DNA of 64,000 nucleotides from assembly GCF_009914755.1 (NCBI RefSeq), contig NC_060937.1; one strand, 5' to 3'. Made by a program: the position numbers and the translations under genes. This DNA comes from the human T2T-CHM13v2.0 reference genome, Homo sapiens. Within the stretch, counting starts at the first letter, position 1. The number at the start of each line of letters is the position of its first letter. Of this stretch, positions 50,226 to 64,000 are shown piece after piece. Under the pieces are notes generated by a model, which was not told the DNA's origin, searched no databases, and saw nothing but the letters and a program-made list of their open reading frames with translations.

Positions 50226-50547
50226 CCACAGGGCAAGTCTTTGCTGTAGACTCAAGGATGAGTTTTAAGACAACAAATAAAAGCATTAATGGAAGTCAGT
50301 ATCATTAAATCTAAATTTAAATAATGTGCTCTAACATACTGGGAGCATCTCTGGGTCTAGGTAAAGAGGAAAGGGAGAGGAAAGCTTAACAACATAAGAA
50401 GTAAATGAGATTCAGACATGAAAATCATCCATGGAAATCACCCATGAAAATCAGATATGAAAAGCGTATGAAAATCTAAAGTGCAAAGAAAGAGTTGCTC
50501 ATGCAATCAAAACTTTCTGTTTTTCTTTACAATGTTTGGGGAATATA

Positions 50548-50590
50548 GTGTGTGTGTGTGCACGTGCGTACGCGTGCATGTGTGTGTGTT
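50548..50590. repeat. alternating purine-pyrimidine (TG/CG)n tract
   Basis: gtgtgtgtgtgtgcacgtgcgtacgcgtgcatgtgtgtgtg. Confidence 0.85.
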
Positions 50591-50883
50591 TGTTCAGATG
50601 AACATGCGTATGCCTGTGCTCTAGTGAGTGCATTCACACCCATGATAATAGACCCCACCATATTAACCCTAACCCTAAACCTAATCAGAACTAATACCAG
50701 ATTAATCTTTCTAGGTTATTAATAAAGGCTCTTGGTCTACGTAGATTGATTTTAAGCAAAACTTCCATATTAAAATAGGTTTCTTTTTCATATACATATA
50801 CATTTGATATGATTTAAGACATTCTGCATAGAGATCTCAAATATTTATTTTAAATTTTATTTCTAGTTATTCACTATTTTTAG

Positions 50884-51201
<318 letters not shown>

Positions 51202-51230
51202 CAAGTTCATGTTTTAAATTGTTTGGATGA

Positions 51231-51503
51231 GGGCGGGCGTGGTGGCTCACACCTGTAATCCCAGCACATTGAAAGGCAGAGGCAGGTGGATCATGAGGTC
51301 AGGAGACCAAGACCATCCTCGCCAACATAGTGAACCCCATCTTTACTAAAAATACAAAAATTAGCTGGGCGTAGTGGCATGCGCCTGTAGTCCCAGCTAG
51401 TTAGGAGGCTGAGGCAGGAGAATCGCGGAGACTGCAGTGAGCCGAGATCACACCAATGCACTCCAGCCTGGGCGACAGAGCGAGACTCCTCAAAAAAAAA
51501 AAA
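51231..51503 (+). mobile_element. AluSc-like with right-arm deletion
   Basis: 'ggagaatcgc|ggagactgcagtgagc'. Confidence 0.92.
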
Positions 51504-54145
51504 CAGCAAAATTGTTGGATGCATATACATAGAAATTCAATTAATTTTTATATGTTGGCTTTGGATTTAGCAAACTTGCTAAACTCTCATATTAATACTA
51601 ATAATTTTTCTGTAGATTCTCTTGGATTTTGTATACATACAATCATATAAAATTTGTGAGTGACAATAATTTCATTTCTTCCTTCCCAGTTCTTATACCA
51701 TTTGTTTCTTTTTCTTGCCTACAACACTGGCTAGGCCACAGTACAATTTGAAAAGAAGTGACAATAGTATGCATCCTTGTTTTGTTCCTGATTTCAAAAG
51801 AAAAACTTTCAATGTTTTATCAATAAGTATAAGGTTTGCTTTGGGGATGTGTATCTACTTTCATCAGATTCATAGAGTTCCTCTCTATTCCTTTTTTGAT
51901 AAGATTTTTATAAATCATGAGTGGGAGTCAAATTTTATTCAATGCTTTTTTGACATCTATTGGGATGGTCATATTATTTCTCTCTTTTAATCTGTTACTG
52001 TGATGAATTACATTGGTTGATTTTCTAATATTAAACCAAACTCTGCGATGTCAAATAAAACCAGCCTGATAATTATGTTATCCTTTTTATATATTACTGG
52101 AATAAGTTTGCTAACACTTCATTTATAATTTTGCATCTATATTCATGAATGACAATTACACACTGTAATTTTCCTTTCTTTTATAATGTGTTTATTAGGA
52201 TTTTGTATCAAAATATACCAGCTTCATATTCTCAGGAAGAATTTGTATAAGATTGATGTTATTTCTTCTTTAAATATTTGGTAGTTCTTACCAGTAAACC
52301 CATCTGGACCTAGAGGTTTTGTTTTTTGTTTTTAATGGAAAAGATTTAAATTGCCTCTCTCAGTTATGAATTGTTATAGGACTATTTCATTTTTCTATTT
52401 CTTCTTGTGTTCATTTTGGTATGTTGTAATTTGGTGAAGAGATTTGTTCATTTTTTTCTAAATTTTTATATTTATTGACCTTAAGTAATTCATGAATCTT
52501 GTTTCTTTCTTTAATGACTGCAGGATCTACACTGATGCCTCCTTTTTCTTTCATGATACCATTTGTTTGTGCTGCTTCTTTTCTTTTTCTTTTTTTACTC
52601 AGTCTCACCAGAAGTTTGTCTAATGTCTTCAAAGAAACAACTTTTAGCTTTCTTGATGTTCTCTGTTTCCTGTTTCATGAAGGCTTGCTTTACTATTTCT
52701 TTGGTTTTAATTTGCTATTCTTTTTCTGTTTATTTGAGATCATGCTTGGGTGATGAATTCTCATTCTTCTTTTTTAAAATACATTTTATGGTTATAACTT
52801 TCCTCTAAATACTGCTTCACTTGCATTCCACAAGTTTTAATGTCTTGTATTTCTATTATCATTCAGTATAAAATTTATTCTAAATTTTATAATTTCTTTT
52901 TTGACAACTGATTTTTATAACTTTTCAAATATGTAGGATTTCTATTACATTTTTCTTATAAATGTCTAGCTTGATTTTATTGCAGTCAGAAAACATACTC
53001 TGATTCCAACTCATTGAAATTTATTGAGATTTGTTTGTGACCTAGCTTACAAAGTAAATGTTCCATGGATGCTTGATTCAAAATGTGATTCTTGGGTGAT
53101 GTATAGCCATCCAGAAGGTAGAGATTGCTGGTAGTGTTTCTCAAGCCTTATATATCTTTACTGATTTTTTAGATTGTACACTAAAACCCCCCATTATGGT
53201 TGTAGATTTATCTATCTCCTGTAGTACTTATGTCAATTTCACTTTATTTTTTGAGGCAATTTTATTAAGTATATACTAATTTAGAATTTTTATATATTAC
53301 TAATGAATTGGGTTTTTTTACATCATTAAAAGTGACTCTCTTTAACTGTGTGATGATGCTTTTTGCCCTAAGTAGTTTGTCTAATATTAATAGACATCAG
53401 TCTTATTTTAGGTAGCATTCACATTATATATCTTTTTCATTTTTTATCTATCAACTTTTCTTTATCTTCATGTTTTTGTTTTGTCTCTTGGGTTTTGTTT
53501 TTTATTTTTTATTCAGCCTGAAAATCTTTGACTTTAGTTCTTTGCCCTTAGGAACATTTAGTTCATTTACATCTAATATATTTATGATAATAATTTGTAT
53601 TTAAGTTTACTATGTTTTCACCCTCTTTTTGTCCCATACATTTTATACTCCTTTTCCACTCCTTTCTTTCCATCTTTTGTATTAATTTGCTTATTATTCT
53701 ATCTTTTTTTGTTAATTTATAATTTATACTCTTTTACTAGTCTCTTAGTTGTTCCCCTAGAGTACAACTGACTTATTGATTCTAATGCTATATGGTATTA
53801 TCACTCTCACTCTGAACCAAAATAAAATCTCAGAACACTTTAATTTCATTTACTCTCAGCTTGACCTATATGCAATTCTTGTAATTTTAATTCTATATGT
53901 ATTTTAAACCACATAAGGAATTGTTACTGTTGCTTAATGTTATTATCATCCGTTTAAGTTTACTCACACATTTGCTATTTTCATTGTCCTTCCTGCCTCT
54001 TCAATTTTACTTGTGGGATTATTTTCTTTTACCTGAAAAGATCAGGTAAATATTTGCCGTTTATTTCCTTTGATGTAGATCTACTGATAGCCAATTATCT
54101 CAACGTTCATTTGTCTGCAAATATTTTTTCATTTTATATGCGTTC

Positions 54146-54271
54146 TTCTTTTTTAGAGATAGGGTCTCACTACATGGCCCAGACTGTTTTCAGACTCATG
54201 GCCTTAAGTGATTCTCCTGCCTCAGCCTCCTGAGTAGCTGAGATTACAGGAGCAAGCCACCAATGCCCGGC
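54146..54271 (-). mobile_element. FLAM_A-like monomer
   Basis: monomer. Confidence 0.8.
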
Positions 54272-54299
54272 TTATTTACATTTTTGAAAGATATGTTAC

Positions 54300-54495
54300 G
54301 GCATGATTTATTGACTTTGGCACGCTTTATATTTTTGGCCAGATAACTGTTGTTGGGGCTGTCTTGTGCATTGTAGGACATTAAGCAGTTTCCTTGACCT
54401 CTACACATGAGATGACCGTATCACTTCCCTTCTCAGTTGTGTCAACTAACAGTATCTCCTGGGGAGCAAAATTACCTTGGTTGGGAACAACTGGT
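54300..54495. mobile_element. MER20 (hAT-Charlie)
   Basis: 'ggggctgtcttgtgcattgtagga...ctcagttgtgtcaac...ggttgggaacaactg'. Confidence 0.8.
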
Positions 54496-54628
54496 CTACT
54501 GAATATAGAATTCTAATTTCATTTAACATATTTAAGATATAATTTCATTGTCCTCTGGCTTTCACTATTACCATTGAAAAGTAAGCTATATGTCCAACGT
54601 TTGGTCTTAGGTACTTTGACTGGCTTTT

Positions 54629-54659
54629 TTTTTTTTTTTTGAGACAGAGTCTCACTCTG
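54629..54659 (-). mobile_element. extremely 5'-truncated Alu (~19 nt plus poly-A)
   Basis: gagacagagtctcactctg between 15-bp TSDs ctttgactggctttt. Confidence 0.88.
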
Positions 54660-54829
54660 CTTTGACTGGCTTTTAACATTTTTATCTCTGATTTTGGTAT
54701 TCTGTAGCATCACAATGATGGCTATAGTTGTGAATTTTTCTTTATTTAGTTTGGAATTTGTTGGGCTTCTTGAGTCTATGAATGAGGCCTTTCACACGTT
54801 TTGAAAAGCAGCCATTAACTCTGTTTTTC

Positions 54830-55975
54830 TATTTAATTATTTTGAGATATACGTCACATAAAATTTACCACTTTAAAGTGTTATTAGTCAGTGGCTTTTA
54901 GTATATTACTATGTTGTGCAACCAACATCATGGAATTGTGTAATATGTGGTCTTTGCGTCCGGGTTCTTTCAACTAATATAATGCTTTCAAAAGTCATTC
55001 ATGTTGTAGCATGTAATTTCATTCCCTTTTCTGTTAAATGATATTCCATTGTATGGAAATACCACATGTTGTTTATCCATTCTTCAGTTTATAGAAATTT
55101 AGGTTATTTCCACCTTTGGGCTATTGTGAATAATACTGCTAAGAACATTCATATACAAGTTTTTGTGTGAACATACATTTTCAATTACCTTGGATATATA
55201 CCAAGAAGATAATAATTGCTGAGTCATATAGTAATTCTAGGTTTAACTTTTTGAGAACCTGCCAGACTCTTTTCCACAGCGGCTGCATCATTTTACATTT
55301 TCACCAGCAATGTATGAGGGTTCTAATTTCTCCAAGCTCTCACCAACATTTGTTATTTTGTACTCTTTTATTTTTTATTTTATTTATTTATTTTTATTTT
55401 TTTTTTTGAGACAGAGTTTCACTCTTGTTGCCCAGGCTGGAGTGCAATGGCGAGATCTCGGCTCAACACAACCTCCACCCCCCGGGTTCAAGCAATTCTC
55501 CTGCCTCGGCCTCCTGAGTAGCTGGGATTACAGGCATGTGCCACAACGCCCTGCTAATTTTGTATTTTTAGTAGAGACGGGGTTTCTCCATGTTGGTCAG
55601 GCTGGTCTCGAACTCCCGACCTCAGGTGATTGCCCGCCTCGGCCTCCCAAAGTGCTGGGATTACAGGCATGAGCCACCACTCCTGGCCTATTTGTACTCT
55701 TTTAAATTAAAGCTATCTTAGTATGTTTGAAATGGTAACTCATTATTATTTTGATTTGCATTTTCCTAATGACTAATGATGTTGAACATCTTTTCATATG
55801 TTTATTGGCTATTTACATATCTTCTTTGGAGAAATGTCTATTCAAGTCCTTTGTCCATTACTAAATTGGGTTATTTGGGTTTTTATTATTGAGTTGTAAG
55901 AGTTCTTGATATATTCTGGACACTAGATCCTTATCATATTTGCAAATATCTTTTTCCCATTCTGTGGGTTGTCTA
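54830..55975 (-). mobile_element. L1MB/ME 3' region with Alu insertion
   Basis: 'gatattccattgtatgg', 'tttgagaacctgccagac', 'ctttggagaaatgtctattcaagtcc'. Confidence 0.85.
55366..55688 (-). mobile_element. AluSp-like
   Basis: dimer; TSD ttgtactctttt. Confidence 0.95.
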
Positions 55976-56400
55976 CTAACCCCAAATGACATGTAAGTGA
56001 GTAACAAATAAATCTTCATTGTTTTTTCTTTTTGTTTTTGTGAGACAGAGTCTTGCTCTATCGCCCAGGCTGGAGTACAGTGGCGTAATCGTGGCTCACT
56101 GCAACCTCCACCTCCTGGTTCAAGCTGTTTTCATGCCTTAGCCTCCAAAGTAGCTGGGATTACAGGCGTGCACCACCGCGCCCAGCTGATTTTTGTATTT
56201 TTAGTAGAGACCAGGTTTTGCCATATTGGCCAAGCTGGCCTTGAACTCCTGGCCTCAAGTGATCCACCCACCTCAGCCTCCCAGAGTGCTGGGATTACAG
56301 GGATGAGCTACCATGCCCAGCCCAACTTTCACTGTTGTAAGCCACCGAGATTCTAGGGCTGTTATTGACTGCAGAATAACCTTATTAAAATTGACTAAAC
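55976..56400 (+). mobile_element. MLT1 LTR 3' fragment split by an Alu
   Basis: 'aaataaatcttcattg'...'ttgtaagccaccgagattctaggg...gactgcag'. Confidence 0.55.
56022..56323 (-). mobile_element. AluS
   Basis: dimer. Confidence 0.93.
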
Positions 56401-57117
56401 AACTTGCATCTAGCTTTGTGCGCCTGTACTTTCCCATGCAGTGAGGATTTCTCCTCACTGATTCTGGGTCTATAAATCCTCTTATTTGGATGTTGGATCT
56501 CCTGGATCGTTCTTCTATATTCCTTGTCTTTCTCTTCTACTTTCTAAGTCTCAATGTTTTCGCACTTCTCTCTGGAAGATATTGTTAACTTTGTCTTCTA
56601 AACCTTCCATTGTGTTTTTATCTCAACTATGGTTTTTTTAATTTCCGAGAGAGTGTTTGTGTGCATTCTCCGAATGTTCTTTAGCTGTGCTTATCTCATG
56701 GATGCAATATTTTCTTTTATTTCTGTGAAAATATTAATTATAATTGTTAGATTTTTTTTCTCCCCATCTAACGTTTTCTCCATGTTAGTTGTTACAAGTT
56801 ACTTTGTTTGTTCATTTGACTTCCCTGTTGGAAATTTCTTCAACTGTCTGCCAGTCAGTTCTTCAGCATGGGAATTTAAGAATTCATTAGAAGCTCTGAG
56901 ACTGTAGACGGACTTGTCCACTGAGAAGCTCACAGTGGACATTTGTAATGAGCCATTTTACTAGGGAAACTTCAATGTCAGTATCTTTAAGTTGTTCCTT
57001 ATGAAACTGTCCATTCTCTAGAGATGGATCTCACAGTCAGTCTCTTGTATACGGAGTTTAGGCCTGGCTGCCAATGTTTTGTGTTTTGAGAACCAAATGT
57101 AGAAAAATGGCAAGAAG

Positions 57118-57321
57118 GGACCAGCCTGGACAACATGGTGAAACTCCGTCTCTATTAAAAATACAAAAATTAGACAGGCATGATGGTGGGCACCTGGAAT
57201 CACAGCTACTCGGGAGGCTGAGGCAGGAGAATCACTTGAACCGGGAGGTGGAGGTTGCAGTGAACCAATGTTGCGTCACTGCACTCCAGCCTGGGCAATA
57301 AGAGTGAAATTCCATCTCAAA

Positions 57322-57360
<39 letters not shown>

Positions 57361-57361
57361 A
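57118..57361 (+). mobile_element. 5'-truncated AluS with (TAAA)n tail
   Basis: TSD atggc(a/g)agaagg. Confidence 0.92.
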
Positions 57362-57958
57362 CATGGCGAGAAGGAAAGGAGAGCTGTCTTAGCATTTAGT
57401 GTAAAATTTTTAGTTAATCACACTGTTTTAATAATGAAACTCCCTTCTTCATTTGGAACAGGTGTCCCCTAGTTCAACAACCAAAATTTCATCCACCCCA
57501 GAGAGTATACTTCCAGCTTTCTGTTCAGGTGAGGAGGGAGGATTTGCCCCCATTGAACAGAGCTGAGTATGAAATATGAGTGTCAAACTTCTAATTGGAC
57601 TTTCAACAAATCCTCCTGTTTTAGACCCATTTTTGCCACCTTCTTCCAAAGCTTCCAGGGGCCTGCTAATTGTGGCAGTTCTGCAATATAATTTGGGTTG
57701 TTTCTTGGTTTTCCTTATTGCCAATTTAGGACCAAACCTCTCAGTTCTGTTAGGCAGCTTACTGTTCATGAATGCTATTTTCAACTTTCATAAAAGGAAT
57801 GTTATGTTCTTGTTTGCTTCCTCTTTATTCTTGATGGTTTTCAACAATAATTTTTAAGAAATTCATTTACTGTCTTTTTAATAAAATTTCATGAGGAAAC
57901 AAATACAAATGTGTGTGTCTCCCATCCTTAACCAGAAGTCCACCTTCTTCTCTCTTTA

Positions 57959-58342
<384 letters not shown>

Positions 58343-58654
58343 TTATGGTGAAATATTCTATGCATCCAAAGGCAGAGTGTGTCAGCTATAGCCATTCATT
58401 CTAACAGGAGTGTGACATTTGTAGGGAAAAGTTTTTTGCTATTCGACTGCTATCATTGAATTGGATGTATGCTGAACCATTGACCACTAGGATTTGTGGC
58501 AACCTGGAGATTTCCTGATTCTAGGATCTGTGCTGTGATCTGACAGCATGTTTTCTGGCTACATCAAGTAGTTGTTTCTAGGCTTTGTTCAAATCTTTTT
58601 CCTTTCCCTGTGTGACTGGCTGTATCTGTCTCTATAATGCCACCATATACAAGT

Positions 58655-59016
58655 TGATATGGTTTGGCTGTGTCCTCACCCAATTCTCATCTTGAATTGT
58701 GGCTCCCATAATGCCCACGTGTTGTGGGAGGGACACAGTGGGAGATAATTGAATCATAGGGGTGGCTTCCCCTATACTGTTCTTGTGGTAGTGAATAAGT
58801 CTCATGAGATTTGATGGTTTTATAAGGGGTTTCCCCTTTCACTTGGTTCTCATTCTCTCTTGCCTGCCTCCATGTATGATGTGCCTTTTGCCTTCCACCA
58901 TGAATGAGAGGCCTCCCCAGCCATGTGGAACTGAGAATCCATTAAACCTCTTTTTCTTTATAAATTACCCAGTCTCGAGTATGTCTTTATCAGCAGTGTG
59001 AAAACGGACTAATGCA
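58655..59016 (+). mobile_element. THE1B-type MaLR solo LTR
   Basis: tgatatggtttggctgtgtcc ... aaaacggactaatgca; TSD caagt/taagt. Confidence 0.93.
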
Positions 59017-61467
59017 TAAGTGAATCATACCTTTTGGTGTCAAATATTTCTTGCTTTTCCCATATAGTACAGCAAAGAAGGATATCAGCTAGAGGAAGCA
59101 AAGAACTGGATGGATGATCCAACCATCTGCCAAAAGATAAATTCAAATAAGGTATCAGCAACAAGTAAGATCAAACAGAAATAAACAAGATGATTCCTTC
59201 TCCTGAAAGACTGATAGCCATATTGAGTAAAGCTAAGGAAAGGGAGAATGTCATGTGTGGAGCTCATGGCAGCAGAAAAAAGTACAGACACCACGGCAAA
59301 GCCACTGAAGGAGATCTGACTGCATTAATGAGCCATTTTATTAAATGGGTAGTTGGCAAGACAAAAAGTTTATTCAATAAGTTGGCAACACCAAGTTAAA
59401 GAGAGAAGTTAAGTAGGTCATTAAGACACCACAGTCACTAATATTTAGAGCTTGAACATAGTATGAATTGGTTGTCTACAGAGAGTTAGAAAAGGTGCCA
59501 AGACACATAACTGAGTGATGGCCAATCAAGGGTGTTTTGTTTCTTTCTGAAACAAAGCTGGGAACAATGTTTTTCTTGTTGTTGTTGTTGTTGTTTTTAA
59601 TGTAGAACTGGTGGGGTCAGTAAGATATTGCTGCCCATGTCTAGTATTTTTTTTTTAATTTTTGTCTTAATATCATATGGAGGCATGCTGTTACCTATAA
59701 ATTTACCTATAATTTCTAAATTTAAAAGGAATCCTCAAAATAATCAGAAGAAAATTCAACAGATACTATTGAGATCTCTTTTTGCTCTGTTGATCCATTT
59801 ATTTCTTCAATCAGTAAGTTAGTGGTGCTTTCTTTTCCTTTGATTGGCAGGTGTTTCATCAGATCTTCTGGGATACTTCTATTTAGGAGTAAGATTTCTA
59901 ACTAATTAAAGTGAATAAACACATTTTTTTTCAAAATAATGTACCCTGTTACATAGAAAACAGGGCTTGAAAGGAATTGTTAAGAACCATTCGCCTTATT
60001 AATATGTTATTTTTTTGGTGCTGCCAAGGGCATTGGGAACTTCAGTCCTTTGCAGTAGAATTCTTAGCTTCTAGGTGAGCGTGCCTCTAGGCTGGAATAA
60101 TTTAGTCACCTGGCTTTCCTGTAACTCTTATTATTTTTGGCTTCATGAGGTAGTATTCATACAGAAGTGGTCCTTTTCCATTCCCCAAAAGTCTTTTGTA
60201 GGACACTGATAATCTCTTTTCTTTCCCTACTTGTCTACATGAAGTGTGCAAAAATCTCTGGTCATATCCAGGATTTTTATACAAATAAGTAGGTTACAGT
60301 TAATATTCCAGTTTCGCTTTTTTTTCCCAAATAATTTAGGGTTTAAGATTGTTATTTCTTGGGTTATCAGGACATAGCTCTCCCTTGAAACTAGCTTATT
60401 AGATGTGAAGAGTTGGTACTGCTTTTTAATAATTCTGGTGAGGAAAACATTGTAAATTATCCTAGAGTCAAATGTGATATAATTATTATAGAAGGTCACT
60501 TTCACTATTTAAAACATTGAGTTGATTATATTTAAATCAAAAAAGATATTAAAGGTGAATAAATTTCACATATTAAAACCTCAAACCACATGCATATAAT
60601 GCTTTTTAGTGCCCACAAACACCAACCAGAAAGTGTGTGATTAGGTTCACTTTTTCAAGCACCTTTATTTGTTTCCTCTTGATTCACCTAATCACTTTGA
60701 CAGGGGGGAAATGGGGAGGGGGAGCAGCTTCAAAAAGTTTCCACAGTGGACCATGAGTTATTTAAATCCATCTCACAGAATCCATTTCCCATGCACTGAA
60801 AGCCCTGTGACATTTCCAGAACTGCTGTTTACTTTGGGATGTGAGAGATGTTAAAATTCTTTGTGTTTAAACCACAACATTTGTGAGTGGCATGAGACGA
60901 AGACTCATGGCAGGTTGTAAGCGGTTGGGCAACCCCTACCGGAAGGAAACAGGCTATTGAATTACTGGACTCAAGAGCAGGCAAATCCATCTGGGGTGGC
61001 AAGCCCAGGAAAGGCTGCCAAGAAGGACTTAGAACCACTCTTCGCCCTTCCCTGCCTGAGTATACTCATCGAAAGGACCCTGTGTGTCTATCTTCATTAG
61101 GGCAAAGAGATCAAATCCCAAATTTCATAAAGGAGAATGTTAATGCTATGGTTACAAGCTTTTACACAAAGAAAAATACCTGCTACATAGACACTCAAGG
61201 AAAACATCTTGTGTTTATCAACTACCTTGTGCTTATATTTTTTATTGTTTTATCCATATGTTTTCCTAAAGTATGGCCCTGAAATTCACTGATCTTTACA
61301 ATACCTTATTATAATAGGAACAGTCAAAGAATTATTTTCTTTCTTTACAAATAAAAAATAAAACATGAAACTCACTTACCTAAGTTCATATACTAAGATC
61401 CTTCCTAGAAACACCTCTAGCCCTTCAACCATATTAGACTCCAATGAGAAGAAACTGATCATCTTTC

Positions 61468-61756
61468 CTTTTTTTTTTTTTTTGAGATGGAGTCTCACTC
61501 TGTCACCCAGGCTGAGTGCAGCGGCACAATCTTGGCTCACTCAGCCTCCCGGGTTCAAGCGATTCTCCTGCCTCAGTCTCCCGAGTAGCTGGGACTACAG
61601 GCGTGTGCCACCACACCCGGCTTATTTTTTGTATTTTTAGTAAAGACGGGGTTTCACCATGTTAGCCAGGATGGTCTCGATCTCATGACCTCATGATCTG
61701 CCCGCCTCAGCCTCCCATAGTGCTGGGATTACCAGGCGTGAGCCACCACACCTGGA
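61468..61756 (-). mobile_element. AluY/Sc-type
   Basis: 'gttagccaggatggtctcgatctc'; TSD tgatcatctttc. Confidence 0.93.
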
Positions 61757-62078
61757 TGATCATCTTTCTTAAATAACAAAATATGGTAGACTTTAAATTA
61801 GCATATAATGGCAGTAACATAATTTTTTATTTTGCATTTTCAAGGCCAACTTAATTTTCAAGTAAAGATTCCAATGCATTTGATTAGCAATATGAAAGTT
61901 ATATCCCTGAAAGAGAAACAAATTGATTCATATTTTAAAGAAGCCATAGGGCATCAATTTTTCTAGTAGGCGGTCAAAAGTCATTATATCCTCATTATTA
62001 AACTCTTATCCAGATTACAGGATGTAAAATTTAAATTAAAAGAAGGAAACTTTTGGATGTTGATTGCTCAGTATTACC

Positions 62079-62373
62079 TTTTTTTTTGAGACAGGGTCTC
62101 ACTCTGTCACCCAGACTGAAGTGCAGTGGTGCAATCTTGGCTCATTGCAACCTCCACCTCCTGGGTTCAAGCGATTCTTCTACCTCCCCTCTCAAGTAAC
62201 TGAGACTACAGGCGCCCACCACCACGCCTGGCTAATTTTTTTTTTTTTTTTTGATATTTTTAGTGGAGACGGGGTTTCACTATGTTGGCCAGGCTGCTCT
62301 CGAACTCCTGATCTCCACCCATCTCAGCCTCCCAAAGTGCTGGGATTACAGGCATAAGCCACCGCTCCCGGCT
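62079..62373 (-). mobile_element. AluS
   Basis: dimer. Confidence 0.93.
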
Positions 62374-62399
62374 AGTATTTACATTTTTAAAAAGATAAA

Positions 62400-63331
62400 G
62401 GAATAGATCTGCGCTTACACAGGTGTTTGATTTTCCACAAAGGCACCAAAACAGTCCAACAGGAATTTAAACAAATGGTGCTAAAGTAGCCAGAGAGCCA
62501 TATGGAAAAATGAATCTAACCTCTGATTCATACCAAACAAACAATAATTAGAGATGGATCATAGGCCACATAAAAAACAGCTAAAAGCAAAGGGTTTAAA
62601 ATGAAAATATAGGAGAATATCATCATGACTTGGGGGTAGGCAAAGGTTTCATAAGATAGGTCATAAAAAAGCAATAACCATAAGAGAAAAAAATTTATAT
62701 ACATTAGACATCATCAACATTTAAAACTTCTGCTCATCAAAAGATGCCTTTGAGAAAATAGGCAAGCCACACACTGAGAGAACATATTCACTAAGAATGT
62801 ATCTGATAACAGCCTGGTATAGAAACAGCTCTTACAAAAACAAAGAAACAACTCAATAGAAAAGGAGCAAAAAATTTGGACAGGCACTTCACAAAAGAAG
62901 GTATTTGAATGGGCAATAAGCACATGAAAAAGTGCTCAGCATCATGAAGTTATCAGGGAAATAAAAATTAAAATCACAATAAGATATCATTGAATACCTA
63001 CAAGAATGGCTAAAACAAGAGACTGATAACATCTAACGTTGGCAAGAATGTAGAGTACCTGCAAGTTTCACACATGGTTAGTGGGAATATAAAATAGTAC
63101 ACTTTGAAAAATGGTGAGGTAATTTCTTATAAAACTAAACATACACTTACCCTCCCACCCAGTAATTCTGATCCTAGATATTTACCCATGATAACATGTT
63201 CACAAAAAAACTTGTACAAGAATGTTCATAGCAGCTTTATTTGCCCAAAACTGGGAATAGCTCACATGTTAATCTGCAGAAAAATGGATAAACAAACTGT
63301 GATAGCTTCAGATACTGGAACTCAACTCAGC

Positions 63332-63362
<31 letters not shown>

Positions 63363-63935
63363 TGAACTGCTTATATGTGCAACAACATAGATGAGTCTTA
63401 AAACATACTGAAAGAAGCCTTATACAAAAGAGTACATGCTGTTTGATTGTATCTAGATAAAGTTCTAGAATAGATAAAACTAGTCTACTGTGGAAAACAC
63501 AAGAAAAACGGGGGGAGTGGGATCGACTGGGAAGGAGTATGAGAGAACTTTCTAGAAAGATAGTGTTTGTTTCATTTACACAGATGTATGCATTTGTCAA
63601 AAGTTAGTGAATGTACACTTAAGATTTATAAATTTCATTGTATGTAATTTTTACATCAAAAGAAAAACTAAATATTAATATCTAGCTAGTGATATGCTTG
63701 CTGAAGGATTTAGGAGAAATTGTACTGAGGCCTGCAATTTATTTTTAAATATTCCAAAAAAAAAAAAAAAGATTGATAGAGGGAGGGAGAGGGGGAAGAA
63801 GAGAGACAGAGCGAGAGAGCAAAGCAAATAAAATGTTTATGGTAGAATGTAGGTGTTGGGTATGATATATGGGGTGTTTACTGTAAAATTCAACATTGCT
63901 ATATATTTTATAAAGTTTTATGAGAAAATGTTGGG
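62400..63935 (+). mobile_element. old L1M (L1ME/MD) ORF2 3' part and 3'UTR
   Basis: 'taaaacttctgctcatcaaaaga', 'aagcacatgaaaaagtgctcagcatca', 'gaatgttcatagcagctttatt'. Confidence 0.85.
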
Positions 63936-64000
63936 GAAAACAAAAGTAGATTTTTAGAAGAAAGAACCAGTTTTCAATAATCTTTAGATATAACACTCCC

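Noticed and set aside
50663-50686. Telomere-like taaccctaaccctaaacct
   Set aside because: Only 2-3 units, too short to call an interstitial telomeric sequence

Overview
Primate (human-like) non-coding genomic DNA, intronic or intergenic. It is dominated by interspersed repeats: more than 40 Alu/FLAM copies (roughly a fifth of the window), an internally deleted L1PB-type LINE-1 (about 18.9-23.7 kb, minus strand), older L1M, L2 and MIR fragments, MaLR/ERVL solo LTRs (THE1, MLT1A, MER54/MER76/LTR33-like) and hAT-type MER DNA transposons. I found no convincing protein-coding exon, RNA gene, CpG island or CRISPR-like array. The ORF track is explained by Alu/L1 read-through and chance ORFs. I cannot name the locus, and repeat subfamily names are from recall of consensus sequences, not a search. 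I see no supportable new biological system. The most unusual structures are: (1) a 37-bp-arm near-perfect hairpin next to a 5-copy ~140-bp VNTR that carries a young L1PA 3' fragment (41.9-43.0 kb); (2) a ~69-bp templated insertion copied from 1.7 kb upstream into an Alu; (3) an orphan GC-rich segment fused to the L1PB 5' end; (4) a THE1 LTR carrying the CCTCCCT recombination-hotspot variant; (5) a divergent pair of CTCF-like motifs.
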